The position numbers and the translations under genes are program-made. DNA of 16,806 bases from Chthoniobacteraceae bacterium (lineage in GTDB: Bacteria > Verrucomicrobiota > Verrucomicrobiia > Chthoniobacterales > Chthoniobacteraceae). Under the pieces are notes generated by a model, which did no database searches, was not told the origin of the DNA, and saw only the letters and a program-made list of their open reading frames with translations. The DNA lies in NCBI GenBank assembly GCA_031409335.1, contig JANNWY010000068.1, forward strand, positions 1-16,806. The letters are read 5' to 3'. Below, in pieces: positions 9,190 to 16,640 of this stretch (position 1 is the first letter of the stretch; every line of letters begins with the position of its first letter).

Positions 9190-9296
9190 GGAGCGGTGAT
9201 TTCCGAATCGCCGAACCAAAACCGAACCGCAAAGCGCAATCCAATTGAGTGGCGCTTCGCGCGTGAACGCATCACCGGCTGGAAGCCCGCCGCTGC
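9190..9296. repeat. REP-like palindrome and degenerate inverted partner just downstream of the 992-aa gene (may also act as a terminator or mRNA stabiliser)
   Basis: ggagcggtgatttccgaatcgccg (9190-9213) forms the stem cggtgatt/aatcgccg. The weaker inverted partner is ccggctggaagcccgccgctgc (9275-9296). Confidence 0.6.
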
Positions 9297-9439
9297 TTCC
9301 GATTTGGCGCGTTGCTGCCAGACTGTCCGCGTTTTTTTGATCCACTCGCTCGGAAAGTTTTGTTGGCTGTTCAACCGGACGATCCATCCGGGACATCCGC
9401 CCGTGCCACCCCGCGTGCATTCCCTTCAAACTCCGCGCC

Positions 9440-10033
9440 ATGAAAACGCGGCTCCTCCCAGCGGTCCTCCTCGTCTCGCTCCTCCTGCCCGTGCAACATC
9501 TCCGCGCAGCCAGCGACGTCTCGGTTTCGAGCGCACTGACCAGCGGCAGAAGTTTTGGCGGCGGCAACCCCAATGTCTTCACCCCAACGGCGAATGCCGC
9601 AGTGGCGAACAACGGCACCATCCAAACCTCCCTCAACGCCGGCACCGGCGTGACCATCAACACCGCCAGCGCCGCCACTGGGAGCGGCGATTTCCAAATC
9701 GCCGTCGCGGTCTCCAAGACGCTCGGCCCCACCTCCACCCTCACGCTCAACGCCGTCCGCAACCTCGCCATCAGCGCCGCGATCAGTGCCAGCGGCAGCC
9801 CCCTGCCGCTTGTCTTCAATGCCGAAGGCACCATCTCCTCTTCCGCCTCCGTCGCCTCGAACGGCGGCAACATCACCATCAACACCGCCCAACCCTTCAC
9901 CCTCGGTAGTTCGCTTCATGCGGGAACGAGACAGGTCTTGTTGCAGTCCGGAATCCTCCGATCTGAGAGTTATTTTGCAAGTGTCACCGGCAATCCCGGC
10001 GACGCACTGAATCTCGACTCGCGCATTCCTTGA
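9440..10033 (+). pseudogene. N-terminal part of a secreted beta-helix/adhesin-like protein, probably truncated (197 aa)
   Basis: Signal peptide MKTRLLPAVLLVSLLLPVQHLRA is followed by G/S/T/N-rich filamentous-haemagglutinin-like sequence (TIQTSLNAGTGVTINT, TLTLNAVRNLAI, SNGGNITIN). The strong C/G third-position bias fades after ~9905 and there is no C-terminal domain. Confidence 0.65.
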
Positions 10034-10105
10034 AACGACCCGCTTTCCCACGCCCGGATTCACATTGCTTCTTGCCCGCGCCTTCGCTTCGCGCAAAGTG
10101 ACCGC

Positions 10106-10324
10106 ATGATTGCCGTTGAAACCACACCCGCAGGCATCCGCGTCACCATCCCCACCGGAGAAGTGGACCCCGGCCAGTTGGATGAAGTGCTGCGTTGGCT
10201 GCGGCTGGAATCGGCGACCCGGCGCAGCGCGATGAGCGAAGCGGAGGCTGACGCGATGGCTGAGACCGGCAAAGCGCAGTGGTGGGCGGAAAACAAAAGC
10301 CGCTTCATCAAAACGGGGTCGTGA
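10106..10324 (+). CDS. Putative antitoxin (72 aa)
   Basis: Small ORF whose TGA overlaps the GTG of the PIN gene (GTGA at 10321-10324). A promoter-like ttgccc-16-caaagt lies 6 nt before the ATG. Confidence 0.8.
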   Translation: MIAVETTPAGIRVTIPTGEVDPGQLDEVLRWLRLESATRRSAMSEAEADAMAETGKAQWWAENKSRFIKTGS

Positions 10325-10740
10325 ACGGACGGCGCGTCGTCGTCGATGCCAACATCGCCTTTCGCGCGCTCAGCCGGGGTCGCCACGATTTGGTGGCAAT
10401 GCTGCGCCCCGCGGGCCAACTCGCCGATGCCACTTTGCACGCGCCGCGATTCCTTTTCGTGGAGTTGTTCAAACACAAGGAGCGCATCGTGCGGGCCTCG
10501 CATCTCCCGGAAGCGGAAATCATCGAATCGCTGCACGCCCTGGTCGCGCGCATTGAGTTCCACAATGAATCGCTCATTGCGATTGGCGACTGGATGGAAG
10601 CCTGGCGCCTCTGCTCGCCGACCGATGAAAATGACACGGCCTACCTCGCGCTCGCACTGCATCTCGATGCGAAGTTTTGGACTGAAGACGAGGAATTGAA
10701 GACCGGCCTGCGGGCACGCGGATTCGACCGGTTTGTGTGA
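10321..10740 (+). CDS. PIN-domain ribonuclease, putative toxin (139 aa)
   Basis: Starts MNGRRVVVDANIAF and has the PIN acidic residues (VELFKH; TDENDTAYLALALHLDAKFWTEDEEL). The start was moved to GTG 10321 because of translational coupling. Confidence 0.9.
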   Translation: MNGRRVVVDANIAFRALSRGRHDLVAMLRPAGQLADATLHAPRFLFVELFKHKERIVRASHLPEAEIIESLHALVARIEFHNESLIAIGDWMEAWRLCSPTDENDTAYLALALHLDAKFWTEDEELKTGLRARGFDRFV

Positions 10741-10836
10741 GGGGCCGCGCTGAGCGGCTCGCTGCGCCGCGTGTTCGCGACTCTTCGCCGAGGTGGGCGT
10801 AACTGGCCGACGCCTGCCCCTGCGTACAGGCGACGA

Positions 10837-11028
10837 TCACCCGGAGAAACCTTCGATCCCGGGCAAGGCATTGCCGTCCGTGTAAACCCCGTCAATTGAT
10901 CGCGCGCTACAGCGAAATTCTGGATCCGACCCCTTTCGCACAGCCATCATCGCGCGCAAAATCGGCAGACAACTTCCCTTCGATCCGAGAAGACGCCGCA
11001 CCACGTTCGTATCCAGGCAGACCGTCAC
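10837..11028 (-). pseudogene. Truncated PIN-domain toxin
   Basis: Begins MTVCLDTNVV (first PIN strand and Asp) and is coupled by a GTGA overlap to the upstream small gene. It is only 63 aa and lacks the later PIN motifs. Confidence 0.75.
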
Positions 11029-11258
11029 GCCCGATACGGCCGGCGCACCCGAAACTCACGCACGATGGCGTTCACTTCCTCGAGATCGTCCGTGCCACCG
11101 GCAGCATCGGCCATCGCGTGCAGTTCGTTCGCCGCTTCGAGCATCTCCAATTTGACGATGATGCGATGCAGGCGGTCGAGATGCTCCGCGTCCATTTGCT
11201 GCACTTTCTCCACCAGCACCGGGCGCAGCTTCTCGGGTTCGACGACATTCGTTTTCAT
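11025..11258 (-). CDS. Putative antitoxin (77 aa)
   Basis: Helical acidic small protein upstream of and overlapping the PIN remnant. A promoter-like ttggct-18-tagcat lies 6 nt before the ATG. Confidence 0.78.
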   Translation of the reverse strand: MKTNVVEPEKLRPVLVEKVQQMDAEHLDRLHRIIVKLEMLEAANELHAMADAAGGTDDLEEVNAIVREFRVRRPYRA

Positions 11259-11351
11259 GCGCGAATGCTAACGCCACACCCCACGCCAAGCCAAGCCAAT
11301 TGGGATTTCCACGCTTGCCCTCGCGCCCTGATTCCCGCCACACTCCCCGCC

Positions 11352-11765
11352 ATGAAAACGCGGCTCCTCCCAGTGGCATTTCTCGTCTCGTTCCTCCTCC
11401 CCGTTGCACTTCTCCACGCCGCCAGCGACGTCTCGGTTTCGACCGCGCTGACCAGCGGCGGAAGTTTCAGCGGCGGTAGCCCCAATGTCTTCACCCCAAC
11501 GGCAAATTCCGCCGTGGCGAACAACGGCACGCCCGCGTGGAGCCTCTGGCTGAATGGCGACCCGCGCGAAGTCGCCGTGCGCAAGAACTTCGTCCAGTTC
11601 CTCACCTCCACGACTTACTACGACCGCAAACAATCCGGCCAGATGCTCGTCGTGCCCACCTACCTCGGCACCGCCGAAGCCGGCACGCAGGTCCTCACCA
11701 ACACCAGCACCCGCGCCGGACGCGAAATGTTGTCCATGCGATCCGCGGTTGTGCGGTTGATTTGA
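11352..11765 (+). pseudogene. Chimeric remnant: second copy of the MKTRLLP signal-peptide N-terminus fused in frame to a different protein segment (137 aa)
   Basis: 11352-11530 is about 87% identical (156/179 by hand count) to 9440-9618. Similarity stops after NNGT. The sequence continues PAWSLWLNGDPREVAVRKNFVQF...YYDRKQSGQMLVVPTYLG with coding-like codon bias to ~11720. Confidence 0.7.
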
Positions 11766-11794
11766 ACGCATGGCACGCTAGCCTCCAAATCGTC

Positions 11795-12070
11795 ATGAAT
11801 ATATTGTCCGATAAAAACTCCAGCACCGCGATCTGGCAACGGACCATCCAGCCTTCGCGCGGGACGCTTGATCCCGCCGCCGCCCGCGCGCTGCTCCGGC
11901 TTCGCTTGTCAGCGCGGGATTTGGATCGTGCCGATGCACTCGCGGACAAAGCCAGCCGGGGTGAATTGACGGAGGAGGATGCCCGCGAGTTGGAGAATTA
12001 CCGGGTCGTGGGAACATCCCTCGAATTTCTCAAATCCAAAGCGCGGCGTGCGTTGAAAACCGCTCAGTGA
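11795..12070 (+). CDS. Small helical protein, putative antitoxin or partner of the HNH nuclease (91 aa)
   Basis: MNILSDKNSSTAIWQRTI...LADKASRGELTEEDARELENY...LKSKARRAL ends 7 nt before the HNH gene. The ATG at 11795 is preceded by a tagcct box. Confidence 0.8.
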   Translation: MNILSDKNSSTAIWQRTIQPSRGTLDPAAARALLRLRLSARDLDRADALADKASRGELTEEDARELENYRVVGTSLEFLKSKARRALKTAQ

Positions 12071-12077
12071 CCGTCCG

Positions 12078-12476
12078 ATGACTCCGCGCTTGCGCGCCTT
12101 GGTCCGGGGGCGGGCGGGCTTCCGTTGCGAATACTGCCATTTCCCGGAACGGTTGGCGGAACTGCGCTTTCAGTTCGATCACATCATCGCCCGGCAGCAC
12201 CGTGGCGCGAGCGGCGCGGAAAATCTCGCGCTGGCGTGCTTTCGCTGCAACAGCCACAAAGGCCCGAATCTCTCCGGCATCGACCCGCGCACCGGCTCGA
12301 TCGCCCGCCTGTTTCATCCACGCTTGGACTCGTGGGACAATCACTTTCACTGGCGGGGTGCGACGTTGCTTGGGAGGACCGCAGTGGGCCGGGCCACGAT
12401 TGCTGTGCTCTGCATCAATCGCCCGGATGCCGTTGCCGTGCGCACAACATTGCTCGATGAAGCGGTGGAGTTATGA
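12078..12476 (+). CDS. Zn-binding HNH endonuclease (132 aa)
   Basis: Contains RCEYC...DHIIARQHRG...ENLALACFRCNSHKG, followed by LFHPR...W..HF. Confidence 0.93.
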   Translation: MTPRLRALVRGRAGFRCEYCHFPERLAELRFQFDHIIARQHRGASGAENLALACFRCNSHKGPNLSGIDPRTGSIARLFHPRLDSWDNHFHWRGATLLGRTAVGRATIAVLCINRPDAVAVRTTLLDEAVEL

Positions 12477-12632
12477 AAAGCGACACAAGCCCCGTCCCTT
12501 GTCGCGCTCAAAATCGGCCGTGGAGTTGCCGCGAAAGGACGCCGTCCCGTCGATCACTGCCGCGATGGCCGCATCGACCCCGGTTCGGGGCGTGCGATAC
12601 TGCGCTTTCAGGTCAACGACTGGGATGTGCAT
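12471..12632 (-). pseudogene. 5' fragment (53 aa) of a DegT/DnrJ/EryC1/StrS-family sugar aminotransferase
   Basis: MHIPVVDLKAQYRTPRTGVDAAIAAVIDGTASFRGNSTADFE fits the family N-terminal pattern IPxVDLKAQY...IDAAIxxVI...G..V..FE. It terminates at the HNH gene end. Confidence 0.8.
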
Positions 12633-12924
12633 TGGGAAAAGATCAGCGATTGGAAGGGTGAAAAAATGGTGCATCGCGGCGGGTGTGGCGCGGCAAGATC
12701 GCGGGGCGTGATAATCTGCTACGTGGTTTACCGCTCCAGCGGCGAGCGGGAAAAGCGGTGAGCCTCCGCCCCGGCCCGTGTGTCGCTGCAGCGGCAAGGC
12801 ACGCCGCGGGCCTCTTCCCTCCTTCGCGAACTTTCCTCGCGCGCCGCATCGGAGTTCGTTCACGTTTTCTGGATCGACGCGGCTGGGAAAACAGAGATGC
12901 CGCCCTGCGATCAAACCGGACCGT

Positions 12925-12954
12925 TGGTGGTTGCTACGATGGTGGTTGCTACGA
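12925..12954 (+). repeat. Perfect 15-bp tandem duplication (tggtggttgctacga x2) upstream of the propeller gene
   Basis: Units are at 12925-12939 and 12940-12954. Confidence 0.9.
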
Positions 12955-13002
12955 CTGACCGGAAACAGCACCATGCGCAAGATTCCGAACTCCTCCCAGA
13001 CC

Positions 13003-14769
13003 ATGCAATCCACGCCGCTCTTCACACTCCTCGTCGCCCTTGCCCTCGCGCCCACCTTGTGCGGCCAATCCGCCACGCAGGTCTGGGCCACGCTCTACAA
13101 CGGCCCGGCCAACAATTCGGACCTCGCCTTCGACGTGGCGGTGGACAATGCGGGGAATGTGGCCGTCACCGGGAAGTCCCAGAACCTTAACGGGAACTTC
13201 GACTGTTACACGGCAAAGTATGCCGCCACGACCGGGGCGCTCCTGTGGGAAAAACGCTACAACGGCCCGGCTGACCGCGATGACACCGGCAATCGCGTGG
13301 CGCTGGACAGCGCAGGCAATGTGTTCATAACCGGATCATCCTTCAACGCCAGCGGCACCGCTGACTACTACACCGCCAAGTATGCGGCAGCTGACGGCAC
13401 CTTACTTTGGGAGAGACGCTACGATGCGCCAACGAACGGCAACGACGAACCATACGGGTTAGCGGTGGACGCCCCCGGCAACGTGGCAGTCACAGGTCGC
13501 AGCAACAGCGCCAGCGGTGCTGGAGACTTCTTGGACGACATCTACACCGCCAAGTATGCGGGGACCGATGGGGCGCTGCTATGGGAAAAACGCTACAATG
13601 GCCCAATTAACTGGGATGACCGGGGACATCATGTAGCAGTGGACAGTGGCGGTAATGTGATCATCACTGGCTTCTCCCGCTACGATCACGGAAATGTTGC
13701 CCCTGATCCCGATTTCTACACTGCCAAGTATGCGGCGGCCGATGGCGCGTTGCTTTGGGAAAAGCGGTACAATGGCCCGGCCAACGATACGGACGCCGCC
13801 TACAACGTGGCGGTGGACACCGCGGGCAATGTGGCAGTTACAGGAGCGTCCTGGAACGGGTCTAACCAAGACTATTGTACCGTCAAGTATGCTGGCGCAG
13901 ACGGCGCGCTCTTATGGGAGAAGCGCTATAATGGACCAGGCAATGGCGACGACCTAGCCTACCGCATCGCGATGGATGGCGTCGGCAATGTCGTCGTCAC
14001 GGGCTACTCCGCGGGCATCGGCACCAAGACCGACTACTACACTGCCAAGTATGCGGCGGCAGATGGAGCGATACTCTGGGAGAAGCGCTACAATGGACCA
14101 GATAATGGGGATGATCTAGCGAACGACATGGCGATGGACGGCACCGGCAATGTCGTCGTCACCGGCCAATCTTTCATCGGCGGCTCGAATTCCGATTTTT
14201 ATACTGTGAAGTATGCGGCGGCCGATGGTGCCGTGCTCTTGGAGGCGCGCTATCACGGTCCTGCGGGTGGCACAAACGGCGCATCTAGTGTCGCCATTAC
14301 AGCGGATGGCGGTGCCGTGGTCACCGGGTGGTCCAGCGGCATTTCGTCCACCTACGATTACGCCACCATCCGCTACGCCCTGCCCGCCGGCGACACCGAT
14401 GGCGACGGCCTGCAGGATTGGTGGGAGCGGTTCTGGTGGGGTGTCACGGCAGGGCACTCCGCGCTGGATGACTTCGATCACGACGGCATCCCCGAACTGC
14501 TGGAGGAAGGCTTCGGCCTGAACCCCAAGCAGCCCGACGCCCTCCCGCCTGTGGTGAACGAAGGCGGCTACCTCACCATCACGATCACCAAACACCCCGG
14601 CGTCACCTACGAAGTGCAGACCGCCGCCACGCCCGACGCCCCCGCCTTTTCCCCCGCGACGACGACCGTGCTGGTGAACGACGCCACGACACTCAAGGTG
14701 CGCGACAACTTCCTCATCGGCACCCCGCCCGCGCGCTACCTCCGCGTGAAAGTCACCGCCGCCCCTTGA
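13003..14769 (+). CDS. Secreted 8-repeat beta-propeller protein (SBBP/PQQ-like) with DxDxDG calcium-binding motifs and a C-terminal beta domain (588 aa; alternative ATG at 12973)
   Basis: Signal peptide MQSTPLFTLLVALALAPTLCG is followed by eight repeats of WEKRYNGP..DD.A..VAVD..GNV.VTG...D.YTAKYAAADG. The protein ends DTDGDGLQDWWE...DDFDHDGIPELLE...RYLRVKVTAAP. Confidence 0.92.
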   Translation: MQSTPLFTLLVALALAPTLCGQSATQVWATLYNGPANNSDLAFDVAVDNAGNVAVTGKSQNLNGNFDCYTAKYAATTGALLWEKRYNGPADRDDTGNRVALDSAGNVFITGSSFNASGTADYYTAKYAAADGTLLWERRYDAPTNGNDEPYGLAVDAPGNVAVTGRSNSASGAGDFLDDIYTAKYAGTDGALLWEKRYNGPINWDDRGHHVAVDSGGNVIITGFSRYDHGNVAPDPDFYTAKYAAADGALLWEKRYNGPANDTDAAYNVAVDTAGNVAVTGASWNGSNQDYCTVKYAGADGALLWEKRYNGPGNGDDLAYRIAMDGVGNVVVTGYSAGIGTKTDYYTAKYAAADGAILWEKRYNGPDNGDDLANDMAMDGTGNVVVTGQSFIGGSNSDFYTVKYAAADGAVLLEARYHGPAGGTNGASSVAITADGGAVVTGWSSGISSTYDYATIRYALPAGDTDGDGLQDWWERFWWGVTAGHSALDDFDHDGIPELLEEGFGLNPKQPDALPPVVNEGGYLTITITKHPGVTYEVQTAATPDAPAFSPATTTVLVNDATTLKVRDNFLIGTPPARYLRVKVTAAP

Positions 14770-14847
14770 CCGCATCGGCAAGGCTATCGCCGGGTAACTT
14801 GCTGAGTTCGATGACTGTCGAGGTGCTGTTCACGACAACCCGCTACC

Positions 14848-15645
14848 ATGCTGTGGCTGGCCGGACAGGAATGTTGTCGCGTGTACAACAACGGCACGGT
14901 GACGACGAGCATCCCGGCCAGCAGTTCGGTGGTGTATCAAATCTCCGTGCCACCCGAGGCGACGCGCTTCAAGTATTCCTCGACCCACGCGAGCAGCGTG
15001 GTCGTGCGCCTGGAGCAGGGCACGCTGCCCGGCACGACGGGGACGCAGCACCTCATTTCTTCCGGCGCGAATAGCTCGCTGAATCAGCCGCTCTCGACCG
15101 CCGTGTGGCCGTGGCAGCCGAATCAGACCTGCTACGTGCGCTTCGTGAATAGCGCGGCCACGGCGCAAGCCATCACCTTCACCCTGAACGGCAAAAACGC
15201 GCCGACGGAGGACGAGGACAACGACCGCCTGCCCGATGCGTGGGAACTGCAATACTTCGGCACCACGGCCTACGGGCCGACTCAGGACAATGACAAGGAC
15301 GGCGCGAACAATCTGGCGGAATGGGCGTTCAACCTGAATCCCACGCGGCCCGACATCGCGGCGCTGACGCCGGGCACCGGCACCGCGGGCCTGCCGGTGG
15401 CGGGGCTGACCGGGAGCCCGGGGAATCAACACCTGACGATCGAGTTCATCCGCCGCAAGAACGTCGCGCTGACCTACACCGTGCAGTTCGCGAACTCGCC
15501 CGCTGGAGCCAGCTTCCTGTCCGCGGTGAACGCACCGACGGTCACACCCATCGACGCGAGTTGGGAGCGGGTGATCGTGGATGACAATGTGACGACCGGC
15601 GATCAGGCGATCCGCTTCGGACGGGTGCGCGTGACCGCACCATGA
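14848..15645 (+). pseudogene. Orphan C-terminal part of a large surface protein (no signal peptide); the ORF is open for 265 aa
   Basis: Coding-like bias starts at ~14881 (VYNNGTVTTSIP). There is no hydrophobic leader. It ends with DEDNDRLPDAWE...DNDKDG..NLAEWAFNLNP...RFGRVRVTAP, like the upstream gene. Confidence 0.7.
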
Positions 15646-15647
15646 AT

Positions 15648-15869
15648 TTGACACAGCCTTTCCCCCACGGCAGGCTCGGGTCCTTGCCGTTCGACAGGCT
15701 CAGGCCCTGAGCGGGGTCGAACGGGAGCTTGTCGAAACGGCAGGCTGTGATCCATCCCTGCCGACGAAGGCGCACTTGTCTCCCACGGTCGCGCAACCGA
15801 AGAGGGAGTCAGCACATCCTTGATCGGCTGTGGTTGTCGTTGGATCACGGGCAGGAAAGCCCGTGTTAC
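15648..15869. repeat. Inverted REP doublet (REPIN-like) whose left REP contains two nested 39-bp mini-palindromes
   Basis: The left REP, 15648-15662 plus 15741-15754, joins to ttgacacagcctttccaggctgtgatcca. The reverse complement of the right REP (15841-15869) is gtaacacgggctttcctgcccgtgatcca, 22/29 identical with two compensatory stem pairs. The insert spans 15663-15740 (2 x 39 bp). Confidence 0.85.
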
Positions 15870-15908
15870 TCTGCGCTCCGTCGCTTCGTCTCTGTGGCGA
15901 AGTGCGCG

Positions 15909-16358
15909 TCAAGGCGCCGCTGACGCCCGGGGTACGATGCAGGTAAAGCCGCCAAGCACTGCGAAGTCGTGCGGGTTGGTCGTCAGGATGGAGTCGATGT
16001 TCGCGATCCAATAAGTCGCGGCGAGGAGCGTATCGAGCAGTCGTTTGCGTCCGAGTCGATGCTGTTTCAACCAGGCGAGGAATTGCCGCACCGCCGCATC
16101 GTCAGGGTAAACCTGATCCACGTCGCGAGCGGTCCACCACTGGTCGGCAAGCCTGCGCGCTTCGCTCATTTCCAGCGGCTGAGTGAAGCGGCGCGGATCG
16201 GTAACCACATGGATGAACTCCGCGAGCACCTGCGGCGCAAGCGCCAGGCGATCGCCGGCGGCAAGCAAACGCGCGAGTTCGATACGCGCCGCTTCGTGAT
16301 CGGGGTGTTCGGCAAGTTCCGCGGCCACGAGAAAGCCGCAGTCAATGCCGTGCCTCAC
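15909..16358 (-). CDS. vapC: VapC-family PIN-domain toxin (149 aa)
   Basis: MRHGIDCGFLVAAE...QVLAEFIHVVT...RLLDTLLAATY...ILTTNPHDF carries the PIN acidic residues. It has a GTGA overlap with the upstream gene. Confidence 0.9.
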   Translation of the reverse strand: MRHGIDCGFLVAAELAEHPDHEAARIELARLLAAGDRLALAPQVLAEFIHVVTDPRRFTQPLEMSEARRLADQWWTARDVDQVYPDDAAVRQFLAWLKQHRLGRKRLLDTLLAATYWIANIDSILTTNPHDFAVLGGFTCIVPRASAAP

Positions 16359-16603
16359 ATCCTGCCCTCAAGCATCTCGCCAAGCAGATCGTCGTCCGCC
16401 GAAAACGGGTGCAGCACGCGGCCGACATGCGCCGGTGCAATATCGAGAACGCTATGTCCTGTGACGGCTGGCTCGTGCGACTCAGAAAGCGGTTGCGCCC
16501 TGCCGGTGCGGCCCAGCCGCGCGGCGAGGAAGGCAAAAAGCTCCTCCTGTGCAGGTGGCGGCAAGATTGACACCGCAGCTTCGATCTCGGCGAGCGTCTT
16601 CAT
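16355..16603 (-). CDS. Putative antitoxin (82 aa)
   Basis: MKTLAEIEAAVSILPPPAQEELFAFL... has an acidic C-terminus (DDDLLGEMLEG) and is coupled to the VapC gene. Confidence 0.82.
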   Translation of the reverse strand: MKTLAEIEAAVSILPPPAQEELFAFLAARLGRTGRAQPLSESHEPAVTGHSVLDIAPAHVGRVLHPFSADDDLLGEMLEGRM

Positions 16604-16640
16604 GGGTGGAGGCTAGCATGGGTTCGCGTGTGGCGGCAAG
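16604..16640 (-). promoter_or_regulatory. Putative sigma70-type promoter of a leaderless TA transcript
   Basis: The minus strand reads ttgccg-18 nt-tagcct-6 nt-ATG with no Shine-Dalgarno. The 11-mer gctagcctcca is shared with 11777-11787. Confidence 0.55.

Noticed and set aside
7021..10096. Long minus-strand ORFs 7021-8190, 8425-9900 and 9371-10096
   Set aside because: They are shadows of the 6202 and 9440 genes in GC-rich DNA and have no recognisable motifs.
12720..12870. GC-rich hairpins as a riboswitch or ncRNA (similar ones at 10745-10835)
   Set aside because: The stems are short and expected at this GC content, and I recognise no conserved family motif.
10279..13002. Extended starts in the ORF track (10279, 10896, 11537, 12778)
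   Set aside because: The extensions overlap other genes or look non-coding. Coupling, signal peptides and promoter-like boxes favour 10321, 11352, 11795 and 13003.
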